A stretch of 64,000 nucleotides of DNA from Macrostomum lignano (lineage: Eukaryota). Shown piece by piece: positions 1 through 12,427 of the stretch. The position numbers and the translations under genes were made by a program. Where the stretch lies: assembly GCA_002269645.1 (NCBI GenBank), contig NIVC01000286.1, forward strand, positions 186,001 through 250,000, written 5' to 3'. Under the pieces are notes generated by a model, which saw only the letters and a program-made list of their open reading frames with translations, was not told where the DNA came from and searched no databases. Position 1 is the stretch's first letter; every line of letters starts with the position of its first letter.

Positions 1-368
1 CCCGAAATCTAAAGTCTAAATAATCCATTGCTATAGTGAAGTTAATTCGAAATTTATGATAGTAAATTAGTTTTTTAAAATAATATACTAAACTTTTCTA
101 TAATTACTAGTAGTGTTCTACCATAGCTATTAGCTATAGCTACAACTAGGCCTATGGGATCCTATGGGCCCTAGTAAATATAGCAAAATATATGGCTATG
201 GTAGCTACAGATATGCCTATAGTAGATAACTGCTATTATGGCTAGGCCCTATGACTATGGAAAAATACCTATATAACTTTAATTAAGCTATAAAACACTA
301 AAATGTTGCAAAGTGTTGGAAGATATGTCTGAAAATGTGTTGGCAAAAGTTATCATGCTTGGGTGCAA

Positions 369-526
369 CCTAGGGATTCACCTAGCCATTTTTATTGGCA
401 ACATGCCAACACACACATATAACTGTAAGTCACTATTGGACAGAATAGTAGTCACATGACTGCTCTCAGCCAATAGCAACTTACATGTGTGTATTGCCAA
501 AAGAAATGGCTGAGTGATTCCATAGG
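369..526. mobile_element. Palindromic (hairpin) MITE-like element
   Basis: Left arm CCTAGGGATTCACCTAGCCATTTTTATTGGCAA...GTAAGTCACTATTGG is an imperfect reverse complement of right arm CCAATAGCAACTTAC...TTGCCAAAAGAAATGGCTGAGTGATTCCATAGG, centred on GTCACATGAC. Confidence 0.6.
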
Positions 527-828
527 CTATGTATGAAAGTTAAAGGCCTACAGGTTAGAATTTTATACAAAAAAAAATTCTATCCAACTTTGACAATCCT
601 CTGCATTTGCATGGTTGACTATCTACACACTAAATTTGAAATGAAGAGTGTAATGTAACATTAAAATAAGGCCTAGCATTCTTAACTATTTAAATAGGCC
701 TAGTCCAGTTTTGATTTTGAATGACTAGATGCTTCTAACATTGTGTAATTAGGCCTATGTAATATCAGTAAATGATTTTAGCATGAGACAACTGATGTGG
801 AACTAAAACTAAAAAAAGAATCGGCCAA

Positions 829-1160
829 ATAATAATTGATTACACCTGCCCCAATGTCAGAGGCCAGATGTGCAACACTGCAACTAACAGTGACAGCTCA
901 GCGGCAGCTAATGTGCAGTGCATCTGAAGGCTCCATACGACTGTTCAGTCATAGGACTGACTGGGCGGGTCGCCACACTCACCCTCAGTTACCCCGTCCC
1001 CAGCTAATGCTGGCACCCATTTTACAGCTGGGTAAACTGAAGCAATGCAGACTTGTGGTGCTCAAGGACACAAATTCTTCCGTACTCGATGGAATCGGGA
1101 ATCGAACCCCGTCCTTCATTTCGTGAGTTCGACGCTCTAACCACTAAACTAGAACTCCCC
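829..1160 (-). mobile_element. tRNA-derived CORE-type SINE, family A, copy 1
   Basis: Minus strand has A box TAGTTTAGTGG, B box GGTTCGATTCC, a CORE-like segment ...CTTCAGTTTACCCAGCTGTAAAATGGG and an (ATT)n tail. Homologous copies at about 24.2, 25.7 and 53.7 kb. Confidence 0.8.
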
Positions 1161-2389
1161 TAAGCTAAAGGCTAGACCTAAAAGCAGAGAATAAAATGAA
1201 TAATTGACGCCGACGTCCGACGAACGGCAAATATAAAGTTCCATTTCTTTTCCTATAAAAAGGAACTTAAATAAACTGTAGTCATCGATTTTTTTACAAA
1301 TAGTTTTATAAAAACTATTTCAAGCTGTTAGTTTTAAGTTGACTTGTAAACTTTTTACCAGCTTGATTTTTACCAGCTGTTGTTTCTTAAAAGAAATTGT
1401 TATACCTTCTTACATTTACATGCTTTCGTGATTTCAGGAGTTTAGTCCTCTGACACTGACATTTCGCAACTTCATTTGCTGCATTAAGTATGGTTCCGAT
1501 TGGAAGTCCGAAATGTGAAACATTGTGTCTTCTACATGAATAGAAATTTCCTATATGGTAAAAATGGTTTGTTTAGTGCTAAAAAATTCTATTTTGCTAA
1601 TGCATTTAGCAGCGAAAACCGGCTTCCAGTACGCAAAACCCTACAATCTGCAACTCAACTACTTCCATTGAGTAAATGAGAGGGAAATCTGAAATTCTTA
1701 ATAGAAAACTAATTTAATAGTTGAAATGCTGGGTCAGGACGATGATAGAAATGCAATTGGAGATTTTTAGGTAATTTGCAGATTTCGATGAAATTAAAGT
1801 CGATAATACAGAGCAAAACCAATCAATTTCTGTTAAAATGAAAATACGCCACACAAGTAAGCATATGTGGAAGAGGTAGCATCGGCACGGTTTTTATTAG
1901 AATAGGGTAATTTATTATAGATAACAGCACCGGAATTTTTACCGCAGAACAAAACAAAAAAATAGGTCAAGCATACCCACAAAGCACTAAAAATGCATTT
2001 CGATTGAGCATAAGCCGATTATAGGGAACTTCTAAACACAGGTACGCATTATAATTGGATTTTATTTAACTGCGTAGCACAACACACATCAGCGTAATAC
2101 GAAATCACAATACGGTATCGATAGAGATGTTAAACAGTTTGGCCTATCATTGTAAGACAGTTTCTGGTAGAAATTACACTTTTAAAACAAAACGTGACAA
2201 AAATTGAACAAAATAACGATTTACTGGTATAAATTTTACCGGTAGTCGAATGAAGTAAATATTGCATAATGCATGATTGCTAATTAAGGTTTTATGATTT
2301 TGAAAACAGTGAATGGTATGGTGATGCTTCAAGCTAGACTCGAGACGGACTCCTAGATTCTACAGTAGTGGGGGTTTGGGGGACGAATC

Positions 2390-3170
2390 TGAAAGGGGAT
2401 TTGGGCGATTCTACAGGGGATTCGAGGGCGATTCTACAGGAGACTTGATGGCTATTCTAAAGGAGGATTTGGGCGATTCTACAGGGGATTCGAGGGCGAT
2501 TCTACAGGAGACTTGAAGGCGATTCTAAGGGAGGATTTAAAGGCGATTCTACAAAAATACTTGAGGGCGATTCTAAACAGGGACTTAAAGGCGATTCTAA
2601 AGGAGGATTTGAAAGCGATTCTACAGGGGATTTGGGCGATTCTACAGGAGACTTGAGGGCTTATTCTAAAGGGGGATTTGAAGGCGATTCTACAGGGGAC
2701 TTAAGGGCGATTCTACAGGGGATTTGAGGGCGATTTTAAACAGGGACTTAAAGGCGATTCTAAAGGAGGATTTGAAAGCGATTCTACAGGGGAATCGAGG
2801 GCGATTCTACAGGAGACTTGAGGGCTATTCTAAAGAAGGATTTGAGGGCGATTCTACACAAGATTTAAGGGCGATTCTGCAGGGGACTTGAGGGCGATTC
2901 TACATAGGGATTTGAAGGCGATTCTAAAGGAGGATTTGGGCGATTCTACAGGGGATTCGAGGGCGATTCTACAGGAGACTTGAAGGCGATTCTAAGGGAG
3001 GATTTAAGGGCGATTCTACAAAAGGACTTAAGGGCGATTCTAAACAGGGACTTAAGGCGATTCTAAAGGAGGATTTAAAAGCGATTCTACAGGGGATTTG
3101 AGCGCGATTCTGCATAGGGATTTGGGGGCGATTTTAGAGGGAGATTTAAAAGCAATTTTGGAGGGAAATT
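2390..3170. repeat. Degenerate ~22-23 bp minisatellite (GGCGATTCTA core)
   Basis: Repeated GGGCGATTCTACAGGGGATTTGA-like units. Confidence 0.9.
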
Positions 3171-3335
3171 AAGGGGATTTTAGATAGGTTCCAAGGCCCA
3201 TACTTAAGGGAGGTTAAGGGTAGAAAGCAATGAAAGATTTGTCTTTCGATCTTTTAGTAGTATCTTTTAATAGTTTTATATTTCACTCCTTACGTCCTTA
3301 TCAGCCACTCGATCTCTCCTTGATCCCGATCGAGT

Positions 3336-3868
3336 TCAACTTAAATATTTCTCGTCCCTCTCCGCAGTCGAAACTTGATTCGGCTGCTCAACATTGCCGC
3401 CTCCTCCGCCGCCGCCGCCTGCGGAGTTAACAACAGCGGCAAAATAGTCGGTCGGCACGCCTATCTGAGCTACAGCCGTGGCCAACAGGCAATCGTAGTC
3501 CTGCCCGGCCGCCGCGCACAGGCCTCTGACCTCCATTTCGGTTTGAATGCGACGAAGTCGAGCCAACGGCGCTAAGGTCTGCAGTCGGGCCAGGGCCCTC
3601 CTAGTGGCCTCGTGTCTGGCCTTCCTGTTCAATCTGGAGGCTCGCGCTGCTTCGTTGTTTCTCTCTCGACGGCGCTGATAGGCCAGATCGCGCACTGTTG
3701 CGGTTGCTGTTGAAGTTGACGATGAGAGAATTGCATTGGAGGCCGGCGGTTGCAGCTGCTGCTGCGGTGGGCCCGACTGATGCTGGCTACTGGCGGGCGA
3801 CGGGTGGCTGTCTATGGGCCGGCTCGGCTGCCGCTGAGGTAGATGGATAGATGGATAGATGGATAGAC

Positions 3869-3943
<75 letters not shown>

Positions 3944-4313
3944 TAGATAGATACAAAGATAGATAGATAGGTAGATAGATAGATACAAAGATAGATAGAT
4001 AGGTAGATAGATAGATACAAAGATAGATAGATAGGTAGATAGAAAGATAGATAGATAGACAGACAGATAGATAGATACAAAGATAGATAGATAGGTAGAT
4101 AGAAAGATAGATAGATGGATAAATAAATAAATACTTTTTCAGCTAAAAACACTGCAAACTCACCACACAAGGAGCGGCAATGGACATCGCTCTAACAGCT
4201 GGTCCGTTACCACCACAACCGCCTCCACCGGAAGAATTCGGCGACAGGATAGAATCTGGCGAAGGACTCAGAGCGTCGCTGTCAGGAGGCAGAGTCATGT
4301 CTGTTGGATCCAT
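3336..4313 (-). CDS. Atypical bZIP transcription factor, paralog 1 (2 exons: 4164-4313, 3336-3833; ~215 aa)
   Basis: ATG at 4313 (MDPTDMTLPP...), GTGAGT donor, phase-0 CTCAG acceptor at the end of a (GATA)n intron. Basic region AYQRRRERNNEAARASR resembles PAR/C-EBP/NFIL3-type bZIP basic regions. The zipper is degenerate. Confidence 0.75.
3840..4125. repeat. (GATA)n microsatellite filling the bZIP1 intron
   Basis: Direct reading. It explains the YLSI-repeat ORFs. Confidence 0.95.
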
Positions 4314-4584
4314 TCTCTCAATACAAACGCTACTATTAGTAGAGTATCTAAGTAGTTAAGATTGAGCATAAAAGAGTCATAAGTTAATTGTCAAGTAAGA
4401 GACCTATCAGAAAGTAAATATACAAACAGGATCTGTCTAGTCTACGCACAGAGGGGGTCAGGAGCTTCTTTCTTCTCCCTTATCGCCCCCAAAAGATTGA
4501 CTAAATGAAAGACGGGTAACCAAGATCGACGAATGACAGGAACTCAACTTTTGCAACTCTTGGGTGGGGCATCCAAAGGCCTAA

Positions 4585-5160
4585 GAGACAGGGGCGCCCA
4601 CGAAGAGACAGGGGCGCCAACCAAGAGACAGGGGCGCAAACCAAGAGACAGGGGCGCCAACCAAGAGACAGGGGCGCCAACCAAGAGACAGGGGCGCCAA
4701 AGAAGAGACAGGGGCGCCAACCAAGAGACAGGGGTGCCAACCAAGAGACAGGGGCGCCAACCAAGAGACAGGGGCGCCAAAGAAGAGACAGGGGCGCCAA
4801 CCAAGAGACAGGGGCGCCAACCAAGAGACAGGGGCGCCAACCAAGAGACAGGGGTGTCCGCCAAGAGACATGGGCGCTAACCAAGAGACAGGGGCGCCAA
4901 CCAAGAGACAGGGGCGCCAAAGAAGAGACAGGGGCGCCAACCAAGAGACAGGGGTGCCAACCAAGAGACAGGGGCGCCAACCAAGAGACAGGGGCGCCAA
5001 AGAAGAGACAGGGGCGCCAACCAAGAGACAGGGGCGCCAACCAAGAGACAGGGGCGCCAACCAAGAGACAGGGGTGTCCGCCAAGAGACATGGGCGCTAA
5101 CCAAGAGACAGGGGCGCCAACGAAGAGACAGGGGTGTCCGCCAAGAGACAGGGGCGCCTA
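4585..5160. repeat. 20-bp minisatellite CCAACCAAGAGACAGGGGCG
   Basis: Near-perfect tandem units. The overlapping ORFs on both strands are repeat translations. Confidence 0.95.
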
Positions 5161-6134
5161 CCATAAGGGACAGAGACGCCCATCAGGAGACAAGAAAGCT
5201 CTCCATGAGACAGTGGCGCCCACTACGACACAGGGGCGCCCATTGAGACATGAAATATTGGCGCCTCTTTAGGGTTGCAACCCTTTAATTAGAATATTAT
5301 GAGCATGCATTCAAGTCTTGACAAAAAAACAAAAAATCAAATTATTTCATAGCAAAAAAAGGAACGATTTAAACACAATTTCACTAGATTAAGCAATTTT
5401 AGCATGTATAAATCTAATACAAATCAGGCAAAATTATATTAACACAGGCAGTAGAAATTGTTAAATATACTGGTCTAAAAAATCAGCAATTACACATTTT
5501 GAATTGAACGCACTAGCAAGCAAAACAATTGCACAATTACTTATATACTCAAATTTTCAATTTCTATTGAAAACATTTAACAGTAGAGCAAAATTAAACT
5601 ACGTCAACTAACAATATGGCACAGTAAAGAATGCAAAACAGTATCAATTAAGGACGGTAAAACTGATAGAACAAGATAAAAAACAGCAAGATTAAGGCAG
5701 AGAATGTTTTTAACAAACTATTTGTCAGTATAAAATTGCAAAGTAAAAAATTCTATTAGTAGTCTTATCCTCAGTTGTCCATGACGAATCAACTTTCCTT
5801 TTGGTTTCCTATCAATTGTCTTCGAACTATTTAATTTAAGATTCATCATATTTTTTGCAATTCATAGTTTAATTAAGATGTCGATAACTTATGTCACTGC
5901 TTCGTTAAACTCCGTCTTGGGTGAAACTTCACTGACAAGTTTTATGGATCTATCTCCTGGATCTTTTAGCATTCGCCTTGTATTCTATAAATTCTTAAAA
6001 GCAGGTTCCGCAGCTTTGAAAAAAATAGTATTTACTATAGAAACCCTTCGTTTAGCTTTAAATTAACAGTTCAAGAGACTAGGTCGAACCAAACACTTCG
6101 CGTTTTGTACACAGCATTTATAAATTTACAAGCC

Positions 6135-6315
6135 TAACCTAAAAGTACACATGGTATCTAAAAGTACAGTTGAATAAAAGTACATACGGAACTTAAAAGT
6201 ACAGTATAAATAAAATTACACATTAAACCTATAAGTACACGGCTAAAAAGTACACCCTCAAGCTAAAAGTACGCATTTGAAATAAAAGCACACGTTTGAA
6301 TAAAAGTACACATTG
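6135..6315. repeat. Degenerate AAAAGTACAC repeat array (left of DHHC gene)
   Basis: ~19-20 bp units related to the array at 7.4-7.9 kb. Confidence 0.7.
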
Positions 6316-6324
6316 CACTTTAAT

Positions 6325-7161
6325 TCATAAAGTTTTTCTAGGCGCCTCCCCGCCGCCAGCTATAGGAAATTTGAATCCGTCAAGCGGCAGCCGGGATACG
6401 GTAAATGGCCAAACAAAAGCAAGCAGGTAGCGAGGCCCGAACACCTGCATAACATTCTGCCGCCAGCCCATGTTATAATCGCAAATCATCTTAGCTCGCT
6501 CGTGCACAGTCTGATTAACCAACAGCAAGCGAAGGTGCAAACCGAATAGCAGCCACAATAAGCCGCCGCCAAATATGCAAATAATCTGAGTGATGGCCAG
6601 ACAGAACTGGTACAGACTGCTGACGCCGAACATCATTGACATGAACGGTACAGTCAGTTGGAAAGCCGATTTAAGCGACAGGCCCTCGTGGGCGTCTAAT
6701 ACAAATCGCCAATTGAACACAGCGGCATAAATTGCGGCTATAGCAAAATACACTACTGTCAGTAGATAATAACGCTGATTAGCTAAGCCGACACAATTAA
6801 CAGCGAACAGGCAGTGATGATCGCGCTTCAATACGCAGATATTGCACACGTCGCAGTGATAGCTTCTAGGCGGACAATGGCACTCGCAAGCGTGACAGAA
6901 TCTCCAAGCTGGCCCAATCTCGCTGGACTCCACTAGCCTACCTCGCATTGAAGCATCGATACTATACAGCTTATAGAAATTAGCGCACACATTTATTAGT
7001 AGGAAAACGCCGGCAATTACGTGCAGCCAATAAACTGGCTCGCTAGTATTGTGATAGTGCGGCAATATGTGCAACAGCTGCAGCAGGCACATGTAGGGTA
7101 TGGAGAATATGGCAAACACACACGAGGCCAGTTCGATGCATTGTCGCAGCGATATCTTCAT
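6325..7161 (-). CDS. DHHC-type palmitoyltransferase (ZDHHC24/22-like), intronless CDS, ~278 aa
   Basis: DHHC-CRD motif CHACECHCPPRSYHCDVCNICVLKRDHHCLFAVNCVGLANQRYY, two hydrophobic segments before and two after, and a TTxE-like motif (QTVHE). First in-frame ATG is at 7161. Confidence 0.9.
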   Translation of the reverse strand: MKISLRQCIELASCVFAIFSIPYMCLLQLLHILPHYHNTSEPVYWLHVIAGVFLLINVCANFYKLYSIDASMRGRLVESSEIGPAWRFCHACECHCPPRSYHCDVCNICVLKRDHHCLFAVNCVGLANQRYYLLTVVYFAIAAIYAAVFNWRFVLDAHEGLSLKSAFQLTVPFMSMMFGVSSLYQFCLAITQIICIFGGGLLWLLFGLHLRLLLVNQTVHERAKMICDYNMGWRQNVMQVFGPRYLLAFVWPFTVSRLPLDGFKFPIAGGGEAPRKTL

Positions 7162-7414
7162 CCTTGTGGGCTCTCTGAAGCTGGAATTGATATGCGAGAT
7201 ATGGCTTGTAGTCACATCAATAATTACTGATTTGTGTTCTTAGAAAATATTTTAGGAGGCAAGTTTTACCAAAAAAAATACATTCAGCTGAGAATGAAAA
7301 AAGGTTTACAAAACCAATGAGTCCAGCCATGCCATTTTTACAAGTTTTAGCCATGTTCTATGAATATGAGGCCCTATTAATATCAATAGAGCTAAAAGAA
7401 AGGCACGACATATC

Positions 7415-7870
7415 GAAAGTACACCGAACATGGAACCTAAAAGTACAGTTGAAATAAAAGTACACATGTGTAGGCGGTGCGTTACACTCTCTGCCCCACA
7501 TTATTCATGACTCACTTCTCTCGTATGTATAAACTACATAAACTTGTTTACCCATTCTCGAGACCAATTACGCATCGCTTCACCCCCACCCCAATATTGA
7601 CTAATAAATATATTGAGCAAAGCCACACAGAGGCCACCTTTCTCGGCACGCAAACCTAGACTTCACAACATGGAACCTAAAAGTATAGTTGAAATAAAAG
7701 TACAAATTAAACCTAAAAGTACACATTAAACCTAAAAGTACACATTAAACCTAAAAGTACACATTAAACCTAAAAGTACACATTAAACCTAACAACAACA
7801 ACAAAGTACGCTGCCAGGTGGAAAAAGCAGCGTAAAGTACACACTAAACCTAAAAGTACACATTAAACCA
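7415..7870. repeat. 19-bp AAAAGTACACATTAAACCT array and related units (right of DHHC gene)
   Basis: Perfect units at about 7710-7790. A ~37-bp direct repeat at about 7430 and 7670 brackets a ~200-bp unique insert. Confidence 0.8.
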
Positions 7871-8039
7871 AAAATAGCTTTAACGTTGGGTTAAAGATAA
7901 ACATTGGGTCTGCCTACTATTAAAATCAATAACAATTTTTGTGCTGAAAAAATGACAACCTCTTAAGACCCTATCTCTTGGTAGCCCTTGGTATCCGGCA
8001 TATCTTCTACTTATTATAAACAATATTTTTCGAAGGACA

Positions 8040-8160
8040 GCGGGGACTGCCCATTCTGCTGAATAAACAGGATGTACACAGCAGCGGCCCTTTGACTTTC
8101 TTATCGCCAGGCATGTACAGTCCGTGCCTTGGGGGGTTGGCCCTCATGGCTTGTGAATCG
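8040..8160 (-). mobile_element. SINE family B, truncated copy
   Basis: GTACACAGCAGCGGCCCTTTGACTTT...GTGCCTTGGGGGGTTGGCCCTCATGGC matches the copies at 43.0 and 56.0 kb. Confidence 0.65.
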
Positions 8161-8609
8161 CACGAAAACCGCGAGAATCGCTGACCTGCCTCTGCCCCTC
8201 TTAGCAAAATTTCCTAGATCCTAGAGCTCTCCTAGAAGTATCAATTTTTTAAAAGAGAATTTAAAACAATGCAAACGTCCACAAAATGCACCGCGATTGC
8301 ATTGAAACAGTATTTATTTCAATTTCAGCACCATATTTTCACTGACTCGCAATAAATTTTGTTTGAGCTAATGCAATAAGCCAATAGGAATAAAAACAGA
8401 ATGCGGCGATAAAAGTCAAAACCATGCATAAAAAGAGGTAAGGGTTAATTACAAACAGCAAGTGAAAGAACAGCTAAGATACAATTTTTAGACTTACAGC
8501 TTAATTAGCATTAGTATCAATTACGAGTACTTCAAATGCTACCACTGTCAAGGGTTGAGATTATACAATTTACAAAGTCAAGTTGCTCAAATGCTTCCTG
8601 TTCTTTTTA

Positions 8610-9340
8610 TCCGCTCTCTCTCTCCATTCTTATCCGCTCTCTCTCTCCATTCTTATCCGCTCTCTACCCATTCTTATCCGCTCTCTCTCCATTCTTATCC
8701 GCTCTCTCACCATTCTTATCCGCTCTCTCCCCATTCTTATCCGCTCTCTACCCATTCTTTTCCGCTCTCTCCATTCTTATCCACTCTCTACTCATTCTTA
8801 TCCGCTCTCTCCCCATTCTTATCCGCTCTCTCACCATTCTTATCCGCTCTCTACCCATTCTTATCCGCTCTCTCCCCATTCTTATCCGCTCTCTACCCAT
8901 TCTTATCCGCTCTCTCCCTATTCTTTTCCGCTCTCTCTCCATTCTTTTCCGCTCTCTCACCATTCTTATCCGCTCTCTCTCCATTCTTATCCGCTCTCTC
9001 ACCATTCTTATCCGCTCTCTACCCATTCTTATCCGCTCTCTCCCTATTCTTTTCCGCTCTCTCCCCATTCTTATCCGCTCTCTCTCCATTCTTATCAGCT
9101 CTCTCTCCATTCTTATCCGCTCTCTCCCCATTCTTATCCGCTCTCTACCCATTCTTATCCGCTCTCTCCCCATTCTTATCCGCCCTCTCACCATTCTTAT
9201 CCGCTCTCTACCCATTCTTATCCGCTCTCTCACCATTCTTATCCGCTCTCTACCCATTCTTATCCGCTCTCTCCATTCTTATCCGCTCTCTCCCCATTCT
9301 TATCCGCTCTCTCCCCATTCTTATCCGCTCTCTACCCCTA
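8610..9340. repeat. ~21-bp minisatellite CCATTCTTATCCGCTCTCTC(N)
   Basis: 7-aa periodicity (LIRSLPI) in all overlapping ORFs. Confidence 0.95.
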
Positions 9341-9460
9341 TCCAAATACCCTACCCTACATGTAATACCCTACATGTGCTCTCTCCCCAATCCAAATTCG
9401 CTATCCACTTACAATGAATTCATTATTTTTTTAAAAAGGGTAACTAAGTCAGAGAATATT

Positions 9461-9895
9461 TTAACGGCACTTTTCATTTTCATCGGACGATTCACCCGCC
9501 GGCCGCTGACGCTGCTCATCAACTGGCGGCGAAATCGTGGATTCCTGTAGGCGACGAACTCCAGCCAGCACTGAGTTGAGAAAATTAGCTGGCAAGCCGA
9601 TCTGCTGAGCAGCAGAGGTTAGCAAAGCCTCGTAGCTCTGGCCGGCAGCCGAGCACAGGCTGCGCACCTCAGCCTCGGCCTGCAGGCGTCTCAGCCTGAC
9701 AATGGGCGCCACGGCTGTGCTCAAATGCGCGCACGCCAACCGCAGCGCTTCGTGCCGCTCCTTCCGATTCTGACGCGACGCTCTGGCTGCTTCGTTGTTA
9801 CGATCGCGTCGGCGTCGATAAGCGTCCGCAGTTTTGTCGGCGACTTTGATCTTGTTGCTATGGTTACTGTTATTATTATTGCTACTGCTGGTCAT
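9461..9895 (-). CDS. Atypical bZIP transcription factor, paralog 2 (144 aa from ATG 9895; may have an upstream exon)
   Basis: AYRRRRDRNNEAARASRQNRK basic region aligns with paralog 1 over ~85 aa. A TTTCAG acceptor just upstream (exon would start at 9904) is in phase 0. Confidence 0.75.
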   Translation of the reverse strand: MTSSSNNNNSNHSNKIKVADKTADAYRRRRDRNNEAARASRQNRKERHEALRLACAHLSTAVAPIVRLRRLQAEAEVRSLCSAAGQSYEALLTSAAQQIGLPANFLNSVLAGVRRLQESTISPPVDEQRQRPAGESSDENEKCR

Positions 9896-11993
9896 CTTGG
9901 ATCGCTGAAACTATTTGTTGATTTTATTATTGATACAAACAGCTGGCTCGATTATAATTATACAGTTAAAGAAATTGAATGAATTTTAAATTAAAAATAA
10001 ATTAAAAAATTAAACAGCTACTCAACTAGCATTTCAACAGTAGTATCTCATTTTTCATTTCTTGACTATCAAGACACTCCCACACCTAATAGCTGAATCA
10101 CTATGGTAAATAAATAATTAGCTAAGTTTCTATGGCAGTCTAACATTATTTATTGTTACATTGATATCATGCTTATAGTTTTGCAACTTAATGATTAGAC
10201 TCCAATTCTTATTTATAATCCATTAAATAATTATATTGCAAAGATTAGCATTTTCTTAGCTAGGTGTAATACTATTACTAAACTCAATGCTATAAATGGA
10301 CATTTTGCTACAAATACTTAATAATATTTACAATTTTATAATAGGCAAATTTAACAATCTACCTGGTTATCTGACTATATACATGTAATAGCATAGTATA
10401 AGAGGCTTTAAGTAAGGATAAGAATGAATTCTTTTTTCCTTAAAAATTTGTTTGCAATGCTTATTAAAAAAACTTATGTTAGGCCTTAAAGATATAAGAT
10501 CTTGATAATATCTTTAAATTCTAAATTGTATTTTGTTTAAAAGCACCTTGGCTTTTATAAAAAATTTTTCCTACTTCAGAAAATGTAACATTTATTATTT
10601 ATAAAAAGTTAGAGAAATTTTCATATTTTCTATAAATAAAATGATCTTAATTGATCATTGATTTGATAGCACAATTCACGAAAGGTTTTTAATGATTATT
10701 TCAAAGGGGTTTAACATAAATAGGGGTTGGACAATATCACATTTTCAAGATTTTTTAGATTCAAGATCTATGGATTCTATGCTTTTGAGATAATCAAGAT
10801 TTGATTTAAATTCAAGATTAAGTCTAATTAGCATTTAGTAAGCCTAGGACTATTTACATATATTCTATCTATCAGTGCTAATAGTATTATTTATTAAATG
10901 TGTAGGCCTATAATGATGATGATAGATGTAATAAACAAATAAGTATTATAAAATATTGAGCTTTTTAATAACTTAATATTAGAGATAAAACAAATATTTG
11001 GTATTTTTATTTGGTATTCGGAAAGTAGGTTATTTTTTGCTATTCATTTTGTTCTTAGATTTGTTCTTAGAATAGAATAAGAGCAAGTGCAAAATTTTAA
11101 ATGCGCAAGTTTGTATGGGAAGCAATATTTTTATCATAGTTCAAAGCTTAGATATGATAACACTTGGTTTGCTATCTATATGCAATGCATTATGGTACCT
11201 TTGCTTTCATGTCTGCTTGCTTCCCTACCCCCACTTTCATGCTTATCTGCTTGGCTAGCAAGATTTGTCTGATTTGATAGCTTTTGCTATTGCATCATTG
11301 TTGTGCCAAAGGCTATAGCCCAAAAGAAAATGTATCGTTGCAGTTTTAGCAAATTGTGAAGTGTGGGAAAGATTTATACAAGCTAGTATTCTCAAAGCTT
11401 AGCAGATTTTATACAGGTATGAATAATGTATGCAAGAATACATATAATTAAGCACTGTATAGGCATAGTCTTCTTCCAATGTGCAAGTTATTCTTATAAG
11501 ACTATTAGCACAAGACTATTTTGTGCTAATGCACATTGGTGCTAGGAAACTATAGTTAAAACTTAGCCTATTGAGCTTGGCACTTAGTCTAATAGATGCA
11601 AGAAAGAGATGCAAAAGTTTTGCATCATTGACTGCTTTGTGTTGAACTATCGACCAATCTAATCAAAGTTACATTTCTCATTTGGTATTCAGTATTCATT
11701 ATTTGGCAAGTTTGTATCTAAAGATTTAGTATTTGGATTCAGTAAAATCTGATATTAATACCATCTCTACTTAATATATATAGGCCTTATCAAATATAAA
11801 TAGGCCTGTGTATGTATGATAATAAAATTAAATTATCAATAATCATAGGGCCTAAAGTAACAAATCTTGACTTTTTTGAGATATCAAAATTAAGATTAAG
11901 ATCCAAGTGATATAGATCACCTTATATATTTATAATAGCCCTATATAGGCCCTATATATTATTTATTTATATGAACACTTACATATAAGTTTA

Positions 11994-12427
11994 GGCGATC
12001 CTACAGTTTTCCGCTTTTAATAATTTTTCGGCTTTTCCGAGTGATCATTGACCAATGGGCCGCCTATAATCAACTGGCCAATCATGTGACCATTAATCAC
12101 TCTATCCGGTTTTTTGACCCCAATGATCCTACCATCTATACAAACACCATTGAGGGTGCATGGGCCAACTGCAAGGCCAAGTACCAGGCGATGCATGGTA
12201 CTGCAGATGGCCTGTTCGAGACGTACCTCCAAGAGTTTTTATGGCGCCGGCTGTTTCAAGAGTGTCAATTTGGGAACATGTTGTATTGGATACGCCATTA
12301 TTATCCATGTTAACTGTTGTGACTATCATGAGTGACTATTATATAAGTTTATCATCATTTCTTATTCCTGCTGTGCCTGCCATAATTTTTTGTAAAATAA
12401 TTAAAAGCGAAAAACTGTAAGATCGCC
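11994..12427 (+). mobile_element. Merlin (IS1595/ISXO2-related) DNA transposon, internally deleted, 434 bp
   Basis: TIRs GGCGATCCTACAGTTTTCCGCTTTTAA and the reverse complement of TTAAAAGCGAAAAACTGTAAGATCGCC (25/27). Exact 8-bp TSD TAAGTTTA at 11986-11993 and 12428-12435. Internal ORF 12041-12313 has IIDQWAAY...TINHS..F.DP...TNTIEGAW...YLQEFLWRR, the C-terminal part of an ISXO2-type DDE domain. Confidence 0.9.

Noticed and set aside
1080-1160. tRNA gene candidates at SINE heads (also 53880-53962, 43012-43075)
   Set aside because: A/B boxes are present but there is no complete cloverleaf, and each is fused to a SINE body.
4501-5272. Overlapping ORFs and CRISPR-like appearance of short repeats
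   Set aside because: Contiguous 20-bp tandem units with no unique spacers, no cas genes and a eukaryotic context. The same applies to the other arrays.
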